A stretch of DNA of 64,000 nt from assembly GCA_964016885.1 (NCBI GenBank), contig OZ024756.1, positions 4,960,001 through 5,024,000 on the forward strand. Direction: 5' to 3'. The translations under genes were made by a program, and so were the position numbers. Each line of letters opens with the position of its first letter. Within the stretch, counting starts at the first letter, position 1. Under the pieces are notes generated by a model. That model ran no database searches, was not told where the DNA came from, and was given only the letters and a program-made list of their open reading frames with translations. Shown piece by piece: positions 24,962 to 37,024 of this stretch. Source of the DNA: Eledone cirrhosa. Lineage: Eukaryota.

Positions 24962-27870
24962 ACACCACTGTCTTACAACACCACTGTCTTACAACACCAC
25001 TGTGTTACAACACCACTCTGTTACAACACCACTCCGTTACAACAGCACTCCGTTACAACACCACTCCGTTACAACACCACTCCGTTACAACACCACTCCG
25101 TTACAACACCACTCTGTTACAACACGACTCTGTTACAACACGACTCTGTTACAACACCACTCCGTTACAACACCACTCTGTTACAACACCACTCTGTTAC
25201 AACACCACTCTGTTACAACACCACTCTGTTACAACACCACTCTGTTACAACACCACTCCGTTACAACACCACTCCGTTACAACACCACTCCGTTACAACA
25301 CCACTCCGTTACAACACCACTCCGTTACAACACCACTCCGTTACAACTCCACTCTGTTACAACACCACTCTGTTACAACACCACTCCGTTACAACACCAC
25401 TCCATTACAACTCCACTCTGTTACAACTCCACTCTGTTACAACTCCACTCTGTTACAATTCCACTCTGTTACAACTCCACTCCGTTACAACACCACTCCG
25501 TTACAACTCCACTCTGTTACAACTCCACTCTGTTACAACTCCACTCTGTTACAACTCCATTCTGTTACAACTCCACTCTGTTACAACTCCACTCTGTTAC
25601 AACTCCACTCTGTTACAACTCCACTCCGTTACAACACCACTCCGTTACAACTCCACTCAGTTACATCACTCCGTTACAACACCACTCTGTTACAACACCA
25701 CTCCGTTACAACACCACTCTGTTACAACACCACTCCGTTACAACACCACTCCGTTACAACTCCACTCCGTTACAACACCACTCCGTTACAACTCCACTCT
25801 GTTACAACTCCACTCCGTTACAACTCCACTCCGTTACAACTCCACTCCGTTACAACTCCACTCCGTTACAACTCCACTCTGTTACAACTCCACTCTGTTA
25901 CAACTCCACTCTGTTACAACTCCACTCTGTTACAACTCCACTCCGTTACAACTCCACTCCGTTACAACTCCACTCCGTTACAACTCCACTCCGTTACAAC
26001 TCCACTCCGTTACAACTCCACTCCGTTACAACTCCACTCCGTTACAACTCCACTCTGTTACAACTCCACTCTGTTACAACTCCACTCCGTTACAACGCCA
26101 CTCCGTTACAACGCCACTCCGTTACAACGCCACTCCGTTACAACGCCACTCCGTTACAACGCCACTCCGTTACAACGCCACTCCGTTACAACGCCACTCC
26201 GTTACAACACCACTCCGTTACAACTCCACTCCGTTACAACTCCACTCCGTTACAACACCACTCAGTTACAACTCCACTCCGTTACAACACCACTCCGTTA
26301 CAACTCCACTCTGTTACAACTCCACTCTGTTACAACTCCACTCCGTTACAACTCCACTCCGTTACAACTCCACTCTGTTACAACACCACTCCGTTACAAC
26401 ACCACTCCGTTACAACACCACTCCGTTACAACTCCACTCCGTTACAACTCCACTCTGTTACAACTCCACTCCGATACAACTCCGCTCTGTTACAACACCA
26501 CTCTGTTACAACACCACTCTGTTACAACACCGCTCTGTTACAACACCACTCTGTTACAACACCACTCCGTTACAACACCACTCCGTTACAACACCACTCC
26601 GTTACAACTCCACTCCGTTACAACTCCACTCTGTTACAACTCCACTCTGTTACAACTCCACTCCGTTACAACACCACTCCGTTACAGCACCACTCCGTTA
26701 CAACACCACTCCGTTACAACACCACTCCGTTACAACACCACTCCGTTACAACACCACTCCGTTACAACACCACTCCGTTACAACTCCACTCCGTTACAAC
26801 TCCACTCCGTTACAACTCCACTCCGTTACAACACCACTCTGTTACAACACCACTCCGTTACAACACCACTCCGTTACAACACCACTCCGTTACAACACCA
26901 CTCCGTTACAACTCCACTCCGTTACAACTCCACTCCGTTACAACTCCACTCCGTTACAACACCACTCCGTTACAACACCACTCCGTTACAACTCCACTCC
27001 GTTACAACACCACTTTGTTACAACACCACTCTGTTACAACACCACTCCGTTACAACACCACTCCGTTACAACACCACTCCGTTACAACACCACTCTGTTA
27101 CAACACCACTCTGTTACAACACTACTCCGTTACAACACTACTCCGTTACAACTCCACTCCGTTACAACTCCACTCCGTTACAACTCCACTCCGTTACAAC
27201 TCCACTCCGTTACAACTCCACTTCGTTACAACTCCACTCCGTTACAACACCACTCCGTTACAACACCACTCCGTTACAACACCACTCAGTTACATCTCCA
27301 CCCCGTTACAACACCACTCCATTACAACTCCACTCTGTTACAACTCCACTCTGTTACAACTCCACTCTGTTACAACTCCACTCCGTTACAACTCCACTCC
27401 GTTACAACTCCACTCCGTTACAACACCACTCCGTTACAACTCTACTCTGTTACAACTCCACTCTGTTACAACTCCACTCCGTTACAACTCCACTCCGTTA
27501 CAACTCCACTCCGTTACAACACCACTCTGTTACAACACCACTCTGTTACAACACCACTCTGTTACAACACCACTCCGTTACAACGCCACTCCGTTACAAC
27601 TCCACTCCGTTACAACTCCACTCCGTTACAACACCACTCCGTTACAACACCACTCCGTTACAACACCACTCCGTTACAACTTCACTCCGTTACAACACCA
27701 CTCTGTTACAACACCACTCTGTTACAACACCACTCTGTTACAACACCACTCTGTTACAACACCACTCCGTTACAACTCCACTCCATTACAACTCCACTCC
27801 GTTACAACTCCACTCTGTTACAACTCGACAACTCCACTCCGTTACAACACCACCCCCGTTACAACACCCC
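24962..27870. repeat. 16-bp minisatellite, about 180 copies
   Basis: Unit TTACAAC(A/T)CCACTC(C/T)G. The 16-aa periodicity of the 1093-aa ORF equals three units. Confidence 0.97.
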
Positions 27871-27913
27871 ACACCTTCCATTTGGTCTGTATTCCTCAAG
27901 AAATTACTTCTCT

Positions 27914-28288
27914 GGTAGTGATGGTGGAGGTGGTATTGGTGGTGATGGTAGTGTTGGTGGTGGTGTTGATGGTAGTGGTGTTGATGGTGGTGGTGATGGT
28001 GGAGCTGGTGTTGATGGTGGTGATGGTGGTGGTGGCGCTGGTGTTGCTTGTGGTGGTGATGATGGTGGTGGAGCTGGTGGTGGTGGTGTTGGTGTTGGTG
28101 GTGCTGGTGGTGGTGATGGTGTTGGTGGTGATGTTGGTGTTGGTGGCGTTGGTTGCTGGTGGTGATGTGGTGATGATGATGATGGTGGCGGTGGTGGTGG
28201 CGCTGGTGATGATGGTGGTGGTGGTGATGATAGTGATGATAGTGTTGATGGCGGTGATGGTGGCAATGGGGTGGTGTTGGTGATGATC
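27914..28288. repeat. GGT/GAT trinucleotide low-complexity tract
   Basis: Direct inspection. Confidence 0.9.
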
Positions 28289-28502
28289 TGTGCCTGTTTA
28301 ACAATAACTTGTTCAATCCTACCAACTGCTGTTGATGTAAGCCGTTTGCCAGAGAATTCTAATCTTGTCAGTTGCTTTCTGCTAAGATCGAGTAAATACT
28401 TTTGTTTACTCTTCGCTTTTAACAACAGTTTGTTTTCAAAATGGCGGATTACTAACGAGCCTAGATAATTTCGTTTAGTGTCTTACCATGACTTGTTCTC
28501 CC

Positions 28503-28543
<41 letters not shown>

Positions 28544-28634
28544 GTCTGTCTGTCTCTATCTCTCTCTCTCTCTGTCTGTCTCTCTCTCTGGGATCAACCA
28601 GTTCACCTTTCCACCTCTACATCCCTCTTTATGC

Positions 28635-28665
<31 letters not shown>

Positions 28666-28864
28666 CGTTATTCCGGGTTGAATCGGAGGTAACCACAGTA
28701 AGTAAGGTACTCAATACATTGCAGAGTATAAAAGTTTTAATATAGATGAGATTCTACAGGACTAGAACTGTTTCATTCTTTAGAAATCATCAGGAATCAG
28801 ATTCCTGATGATTTCTAAAGAATGGAACAGTTCTAGTCCTGTAGAATCTCATCTATATTAAAAC

Positions 28865-28865
<1 letters not shown>
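28666..28865. mobile_element. HHR family 3 fold-back element in (TA)n
   Basis: Near-perfect inverted arms are centred at 28799, with a tail at 28666-28733. A homolog lies at 34131-34312. Confidence 0.85.
28750..28798 (-). ncRNA. Compact type I hammerhead ribozyme (family 3)
   Basis: GATTC-CTGATGA-TTTC TAAA GAAT-GAAA-CAG TTCTAGTC CTG-TA|GAATC. The plus-strand twin at 28800-28848 has GGAA instead of GAAA. Confidence 0.87.
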
Positions 28866-28897
<32 letters not shown>

Positions 28898-29261
28898 TTA
28901 AATATATAACATAAATATATTTATTATAAATTTCCGGTTGGCTGGTTGGTTGGTTGGTTCGTTAACCAGATGGCTGTTTATATATTGTCAAAGCTCTTTC
29001 GTCACACATTCTGACCTCCACAGTGACCAGGTTTTTATTTTGTGTCTCTCCTTTTTTTGTCCTATACCATCTTGTTTTTGTGTGTTGTATATATATATAT
29101 GTGTGTGTGTGTGTGTATGTGAGTATGTATGTATATATATATATATATATAAGGTTGAATTTCGTTGGTGGGTACATTATCATGTATATATATATATATC
29201 ATGTTGTATATATATATCATGTTGTATATATATATCATAATGTATATATACATTATCATGT

Positions 29262-29308
<47 letters not shown>

Positions 29309-29639
29309 ATGTGAGTATGTATGTATGTATATATATATATATATATATAAGGTTGAATGTCGTTAGTGGGTACATTATCATCATATCACGTATCCACTAC
29401 CCCTCCTTTGTGGAATGTATATACACATGCATAGAAAAATATAAACTCCTGAAGAATATAAAGCTATTTGTGTATACAGATGTGTGTATATAGATCATAG
29501 CGTGTGATTCTGCGTATATTTGTTTCGGCATTAGTGTATATATTTACCAAATAATAAAGACATGTAATTGTTGTGGCGTAAGATTTCTTGGAAATGTGAT
29601 AATGTTACTCTTTAGTTACCATAGAAACGGGAGTGAATG

Positions 29640-30788
29640 AAGAATTGTGGGTGAGAGGAATGGATATCTGAGTCTACAGAGTTATGTGGTGAGGTAAATT
29701 GTGGGTGAGTCTACAGAGATATGTGGTGAGGTAAATTGTGGGTGAGAGGAATTGGTGAGTCTACAGAGATATGTGGTGAGGTAAATTGTGGGTGAGAGAA
29801 GTGGGTATGTCTAGAGAGATATGTGGTAAGGTAAATTGTGGGTGAGAGAAATGGGTGTGTCTAGAGAGATATGTGGTGAGGTAAATTGTGGGTGAGAGAA
29901 GTGGGTGAGTCTAGAGAGATATGTGGTGAGGTAAATTGTGGGTGAGAGGAATGGGTGAGTCTAGAGAGATATGTGGTGAGGTAAATTGTGGGCGAGAGGA
30001 ATGGGTGTGTCTAGAGAGATATGTGGTGAGGTAAATTGTGGGTGAGAGAAGTGGGTGAGTCTAGAGAGATATGTGGTGAGGTAAATTGTGGGTGAGAGGA
30101 ATGGGTGAGTCTAGAGAGATATGTGGTGAGGTAAATTGTGGGTGAGAGGAATGGGTGAGTCTAGAGAGATATGTGGTGAGGTAAATTGTGGGTGAGAGGA
30201 ATGGGTGAGTCTAGAGAGATATGTGGTGAGGTAAATTGTGGGTGAGAGGAATGGGTGTGTCTAGAGAGATATGTGGTGAGGTAAATTGTGGGTGAGAGGA
30301 ATGGGTGAGTCTACAGAGATATGTGGTGAGGTAAATTGTGGGTGAGAGGAATGGGTGTGTCTAGAGAGATATGTGGTGAGGTAAATTGTGGGTGAGAGGA
30401 ATGGGTGTGTCTAGAGAGATATGTGGTGAGGTAAATTGTGGGTGAGAGGAATGGGTGAGTCTAGAGAGATATGTGGTGAGGTAAATTGTGGGTGAGAGAA
30501 GTGGGTGAGTCTAGAGAGATATGTGGTGAGGTAAATTGTGGGTGAGAGGAATGGGTGAGTCTACAGAGATATGTGGTGAGGTAAATTGTGTGTGAGAGAA
30601 GTGGGTGAGTCTAGAGAGATATGTGGAGAGGTAAATTGTGGGTGAGAGAAGTGGGTGAGTCTACAGAGATATGTGGTGAGGTAAATTGTGGGTGAGAGAA
30701 GTGGGTGAGTCTAGAGAGATATGTGGAGAGGTAAATTGTGGGTGAGAGAAGTGGGTGAGTCTACAGAGATATGTGGGTGAGGTAAATT
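29640..30788. repeat. 50-bp minisatellite, about 22 copies
   Basis: Unit GTAAATTGTGGGTGAGAGGAATGGGTGAGTCTAGAGAGATATGTGGTGAG. Confidence 0.97.
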
Positions 30789-30824
30789 ACCTGTACATGA
30801 TTCAATACATAGCAATAGAGTAAT

Positions 30825-31090
30825 GTCGTTGTCATCGACATTCACATCATCATCATCGTCATCATCAGCAGCAGTCATCATCAGAATCAACGTCACCATC
30901 TCTACCATCAATATCATCATCATCATTCACATCATCATCATCATAATTATTAGCGTCGTCATCATTATTAGCATCATCACCATCTTTACCATCATCATCA
31001 TTTACATCATCATTACCCACATCATCTCTACCATCATCATCATCATCATCTGCATCATCAATGTAGTCGTCATCGTCACCATCATCATCC
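30825..31090. repeat. (CAT)n-rich tract
   Basis: Direct inspection. Confidence 0.9.
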
Positions 31091-31177
31091 AAATACTTCA
31101 ACGTCTGTTTTCCCTGTTAGCAAGGGTTTGACAGGTTATCCCAGACCCAGTCAGTATTCAATCAGAGCCCCTAAGAT

Positions 31178-31580
31178 TACCTTACAGAGATCACCAGAGC
31201 TACTGGGAGTACCCTAAAGAGATCGCCAGAGTTACTGGGAGTAGCCTAAAGAGATCGCCAGAGTTACTGAGAGTACCCTAAAGAGATCGCCAGAGTTACT
31301 GGGAGTACCCTAAAGAGATCGCCAGAGTTACTGGGAGTACCCTACAGAGATTACCCGAGCTACTGGGAGTACCCTACAGAGATCACCAGAGCTACTGGGA
31401 GTAGCCTAAAGAAGTCGTCAGAGTTACTGGGAGTACCCTACAGAGATTACCCGAGCTACTGGGAGTACCCTACAGAGATTACCCGAGCTACTGGGGGTAC
31501 CCTACAAAGATTACCCGAGCTACTGGGAGTACCCTACAGAGATTACCCGAGCTACTGGGAGTACCCTACAGAGGTTACCA
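31178..31580. repeat. 32-bp minisatellite, about 12 copies
   Basis: Unit CCTACAGAGATTACCCGAGCTACTGGGAGTAC. Confidence 0.95.
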
Positions 31581-32389
31581 TACATTTTCTCATGACAACA
31601 ACATTAGAAAGTTCATCATCTGTTTTTTACCTTTCTGTGTTCAGTATTGTTTGTTATGCCGTGGCTGTTGAATTTGATTCCTGTTTTCACTTTCTCCAGA
31701 AACCTATCTAAATTATACATCTTTCTATCATATTTCACAAACACACTTGGGCTTCATGTCTTAGAAAGAAATAATTATTTATCTTCGGTGAATATGAGAA
31801 AATAGGAAAGAAAGCTTAGAAATCCCGGATTGATGTCATCATAATTTCATTTATCTGTCACAAATGTTTCAGATCTGGAATGAACTTTATTTTTCATCTT
31901 AAAAGATTAAAACTAATGTAATGGATGAATTATGTCACGTGTACCACAACAAAACAAAACAAAACAAAACAAAACAACAAAACAAAAAAAAAAAAACTAT
32001 TGAAGAAGCTGCAACTGATTTTGGCAAAATCGGAACATTATCATGTATATGATGGAGAGACAAAACAACCTAGTTTCAGTTCCCTGCAGTAACCAAGCCC
32101 GTTTATCTTACGCCGTTAATGTAAACATATTCAACAATACAGTTATTGTTATCACGTGGACAAGAAAAGATGTGGAAATAAAGGGAGGAAGACAAATAGA
32201 TATTGGAAATATAATTTAGATGATGATGACAAAAGACGAATATGCATCTTTAAGTTGGTGAATATATAGTCAGCTTTATACATACATATATATATATATA
32301 CAGTCAGCTTTATACATACATATATATATGCATACAGTCAGCTTTATACATACATATATATATATATATATATGCATACAGTCAGCTTT

Positions 32390-32436
<47 letters not shown>

Positions 32437-32457
32437 TACAGTCAGCTTTATACATAG

Positions 32458-32501
<44 letters not shown>

Positions 32502-32578
32502 ACACACACACATGCACATACATTCAGCTTTAAGTTAGTTGAGGAAAGGATTTTGAAAAACGAGCAAATAAGAATGTA

Positions 32579-32636
<58 letters not shown>

Positions 32637-32798
32637 TATATACATATATATGTGTGTGTGTCTATACACACACGCACACACATATAAGTTTATAAAATAT
32701 TAAAGTCACGAGGATGTCATGCTGGAAATGGATGTGTGAATGTTGAATGAACTCGTCCTAACTAAATGTAAAATGGACGATAAAGAACATAAAACAGC

Positions 32799-32832
<34 letters not shown>

Positions 32833-33110
32833 TACATGAATATATATGTGAGTGTTTATATGTATATGGATGTTTATACATGAATATATGTGTGAATGTG
32901 TTTGTGTATATGTGTGCGCTTATATGTATATGTATGTTTATTTATATATATGTGTATGTATATATATGTGTGTGTGAATGTGTGTATTTATACATATGTA
33001 TGTATATGCATATATATCACCACAATCATTTACACACACACACTCTCATATATATATATATGTGTGTGTGTCTATATGTCTATATACATATATATGTGTG
33101 TGTGTGTGTC

Positions 33111-33152
<42 letters not shown>

Positions 33153-33208
33153 AGTTTATAAAATATTAAAGCCACGAGGATGTCATGCTGGAAATGGATG
33201 TGTGAATG

Positions 33209-33259
<51 letters not shown>

Positions 33260-33661
33260 CTATATCAATAAATTCATATATGTGTGTTTCTTTTTACAGA
33301 GGGCAAAAAATATAAGTTGAAAAATATGAAGCGTTCTAAATATATTTCTGAAACGTTTTACTTTTTATTTTGACTGTGTATTCCTAGTAATGGCCTGCAA
33401 GAAAACATACTGTGTAGAATATATAGAGTATGGCAATATCTTTTAATAGTCTCACTGCTAAAGTTACTAAAGTACTGACACTACAGGCTTTATCTTAGCG
33501 AAGGTTTTATTCAATTATATTATACTCTATTTCAGGTTTCATCAGAGCTGAAGGAATATCTTCTGTCCACAGAGAGTTCGTTTCATATTAGCTTATTTAT
33601 AGCATATTTCAAAGTAGGATTCAACTTAACTGTACAGACTAATTCAAATAGTATTTGTATA

Positions 33662-33826
33662 TACTAGGGTTGGCTTAAATGTCCATAGGATGACAATGAA
33701 GCAGTGATGCTAGAGCTGTGAAATCCTGCATGCATAAATTTCAACTATTCTTATCTAATAACTGCAATGTTTTTTGGGAATTATGTTGAAAAATAGACCT
33801 CATTTGATCATACCATGAAAGTATAG

Positions 33827-33830
<4 letters not shown>
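33662..33830 (+). mobile_element. Mariner-type MITE, 3' end truncated at (TA)n
   Basis: Starts TACTAGGGTTGGCTTAAATGTCCATAGGATGAC. The body is homologous to 34706-34903. Confidence 0.6.
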
Positions 33831-33871
<41 letters not shown>

Positions 33872-33873
<2 letters not shown>

Positions 33874-34088
33874 GATATTACATAAATGGAAACTATATTT
33901 ATAAAACCATATTTATTTCATTATACATATTTCAGGGATACAACAAGTATAATGAAATAAATATGGTTTTATAAATATAGTTTCCATTTATTTAATATCG
34001 TATATCTACTCCCAAAACTTGTCGAGTGCTTTATATCAGTTATAAAATATTTACTTGTTGTATCCCAACAATTTTAAATAGAACTTGT
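33872..34088. mobile_element. HHR family 1 inverted-duplication element, ribozyme truncated
   Basis: Inverted arms at 33872-33926 and 33947-34001. The tail matches 19804-19892. Confidence 0.8.
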
Positions 34089-34089
34089 G

Positions 34090-34130
<41 letters not shown>

Positions 34131-34312
34131 ATCCCGGGTTCAATCGGGGGTAACCAGTAAGTAAGGTACTCAATACATAGCAGAGTATAAATATTTAATA
34201 TAGAAATAGCTTCTACAGGACTAGAACTGTTTCATTCGGGAGAAATCATTAGGAAGCCCATCATACTCCCGAATGAAACAGTTCTAGTCCTGTAGAAGCT
34301 ATTTCTATATTA
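34131..34312. mobile_element. HHR family 3 fold-back element
   Basis: Minus 34209-34257 reads GCTTC-CTAATGA-TTTC TCCC GAAT-GAAA-CAG..CTG-TA|GAAGC (one core mutation). The inverted arm is 34266-34311. Confidence 0.82.
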
Positions 34313-34318
34313 TATATA

Positions 34319-34502
34319 GGAAAAGATTCAGGACCCCGACGGTAGAGCTCCTGTCGTTTTGACAGCTAGGTCCGGATCTGTCGAAACGGCTGGAGCTCAG
34401 CCGTCGGGGTCCTGAATCTCTTCATATTACCCACTCTACTACCCCAAGTATTGAGTACTCTGGTGGGTTATGGTCCACCTGGTATCTTACCACACCTTCT
34501 CT
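34319..34502. mobile_element. HHR family 2 fold-back element
   Basis: Inverted arms around 34370. The plus arm reads GAAA-CGGCTG GAGCT CAGCCG-TC|GGGGTCC. Confidence 0.8.
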
Positions 34503-34503
34503 G

Positions 34504-34535
<32 letters not shown>

Positions 34536-34705
34536 ATATGTCTGTATGTATATATGTCTGTATGTATGTATATATGTCTGTATATATATCTGTATAAATA
34601 TATGTATGTATGTATATATGTCTGTATATATATCTGTATATATATGTATGTATGTATATATGTCTGTATATATATATTTGTATGTATATATACGTATATG
34701 ATGGT

Positions 34706-34903
34706 ATACACAGGAGGTTGAACTAAACAATTTATAGGTTGACTATGAAATAATGTTTATGAAGGAGTGTTGCTAGAGCTGTGAAATTTTGTACGCATTA
34801 GTTTCAACTCTTACTGCAATGATACTGTTGAAAAATAAACCTCATTCGGTCACTCCATGAGAGTATCTTGGTCAGCCTACGAACTGTTCCACCGACCCTC
34901 GTA
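34706..34903 (+). mobile_element. Mariner-type MITE, about 200 bp
   Basis: The 3' end GTCAGCCTACGAACTGTTCCACCGACCCTCGTA is the approximate reverse complement of the 5' ends here and at 33662, and ends in TA. Confidence 0.65.
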
Positions 34904-35714
34904 TGTTGTCAACATGGATTAATTAATTCATTCATAGTGCAACACAGATAATTTGTTGATAATTTGAAATCTAAGGCCCTTCTATAATAGACATTCATTT
35001 TTCCTTCACTATGGCAAAGGTCAAATATGATATCGCCGTGGTTAGAAGACATTTAGATTGATCAAACTTATTTTCGTACTTCTTAGAGCTCTTCCAGTTA
35101 GCTGTGTTCTAGTTTGTATAAATTATAAATAACTATAAGCTACAACTTTCTTCGTGGACAGAAGATGGATTTTTTTCTTCTCTGATGAAGCTCTAAGAAA
35201 GGCCAAAACATGTCAAATAGTTACCATTTAGGCCGCTCCCAGATAGATAAACCATGTTTATATATAGAACTTATTTAATCGGATAATGTTGGTGCTGCCC
35301 TCTAAAGTTTTTTTTTTAGGCAAACCAAAACATTATCGTGGGTGATATCAAGTCCCTCATTTACGCACAAGAATTGCTGGTGGTATCCCTCTAACTTTTT
35401 TTTAGGCAAACCAAGGTAACATTACTGTGGGTGATATCAAGTCCACCAATTACACACAAGAACCTAGGCTGCGCCCAGGTAGATAAAACGTGCTTTATCT
35501 ACTATTTTTAATATTATATTGTGAGACTAACTTTGTATATTTATTAAAATGTAAACCGTATACTTTAAATTATTCCCAAATTCTGAACAGTTTAACATAG
35601 ACCGATTTAACCGAATGTCACCATTCGAGAGATTGAGCGAGAGAGATCGATGGATGACCTTATCTCATTATGGAAAACAATAATGATTTATAGATCGGGT
35701 GGTGGTGGCCATTG

Positions 35715-35862
35715 AATTGGCGGTTTGGTTAGGACGTAGGGTAATATTTAGATATAGCCGTTGACGTTCAGTTTACATATAGCACCGAGATCAACTTTGC
35801 CTTTCCTTCGTCGAGGGTCGATTAAATAATAACCAGTTATATACTGGGGTTTTATTTGACTA
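35715..35862 (+). mobile_element. Degenerate SINE copy
   Basis: CCGAGATCAACTTTGCCTTTCCTTCG..GGGTCGATTAAATAATAACCAG..ACTGGGG. Confidence 0.6.
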
Positions 35863-36136
35863 TCTTCACTTCTTTTCTGTTACTATGTTGCACCGTCCTT
35901 CTTTGACGGTTCCATGACACAACAGTTGACATTGGGTCGTCATTTGTCAAGTACTGTAGTATATGAGTTTTTCTATGTAAAGAAGCTGCTAATCCTTCAC
36001 TCAACCCTTCTCCATTTCTGTGGAAAATAAGGTCATGGGCTGGCCCCTTCCATCATTCTCACTGCACAACGTAGATGGTTTCGAGAGGGAGAGAGGGGAG
36101 CAATAAAAGTAAGAGAAAAGGGAGGAAAAAAAGAGA

Positions 36137-36139
<3 letters not shown>

Positions 36140-36183
<44 letters not shown>

Positions 36184-36475
36184 GGGGTGTGCCCGAGAGT
36201 GTGTGTGTGAGAAAGAGTGTGTGTGTGTGTTAGAGAGAGATAGTGTGTGTGTGTGTGTAAGAAAGAAAGAAAGAGATAGTGTGTGTGTGTGTGTGTGTGA
36301 AAGAAAGAGAGATAGTGTGTGTGAAAGAAAGAGAGATAGTGTGTGTGTAAGAAAGAAAGAGACAGTGTGTGTGTGTGTAAGAAAGAAAGAGATAGTGTAA
36401 GAGAGATAGTGTCTGTGTAAGAAAGAAAGAAAGAGAGATAGTATGTGTGCGTAAGAAAGAGAGAGGGGGAGAGAG
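36140..36475. repeat. Compound (GT)n/(GA)n microsatellite
   Basis: Direct inspection. Confidence 0.9.
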
Positions 36476-37024
36476 ATTATCAATCAAAGAGAAAGCGAAA
36501 AAGCAATATAAAAACAAAGAAAAGAAAAACCGATCCAGTATTTTACTGTTACATAATTTATCGATCTCTGAAGGATGATAAAAATAAGTATCAGTCAAGT
36601 ACTGATATCGATTTAATCCAGTAAACCATCTCCTTAATATCTTGGCCCAGTACCCACGTTAGAAATAAATTACTATTATTTGTAGACTAAGATATATGTG
36701 GCAAATATATAAATGCGACAAATTGATATTCAGCGTTCGTGTAGTAGTATCGTTAAATGGCTACAAGAAGGAACAGCGGCGACTAACTCCAAACATAAAC
36801 GTAGTAAATATTTGTCTGTTAAGAAAAGTTTAACAGAAACTAAACATAATGTTTTTTTTATAGATAAGGAGATCAATATGATATTGTCGCCTCTGGCGAA
36901 ATGGTTACGTGAATTTAAAAACATCAACAACAACTACTACATTATCATCAACAACAATAAAAACTTCATCAGCAACAACAACATCAACAACGAATCACAA
37001 AGAAAAAAAATAATGAAGTTGCTA

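Noticed and set aside
25002-28283. 1093-aa ORF
   Set aside because: It is read-through of a stop-free 16-bp minisatellite plus a GGT tract, with no protein features.
33520-33550. Minus-strand CTGATGA-AACCT-GAAA
   Set aside because: Stem II cannot form and there is no stem I or TA-flanked arm context, so it is likely chance.
19510-34502. Reading the fold-back elements as MITEs or pre-miRNAs
   Set aside because: Arm lengths and centres differ between copies of the same family, one arm has an unpaired tail, solo arms exist, and the arms hold hammerhead cores.
35176-35220. CTGATGA-AGCTCTAAGAAAGGCC-AAAA-CATG-TC hammerhead-like string
   Set aside because: GAAA is missing, stem I does not pair and there is no second copy. 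At best it is an old remnant.
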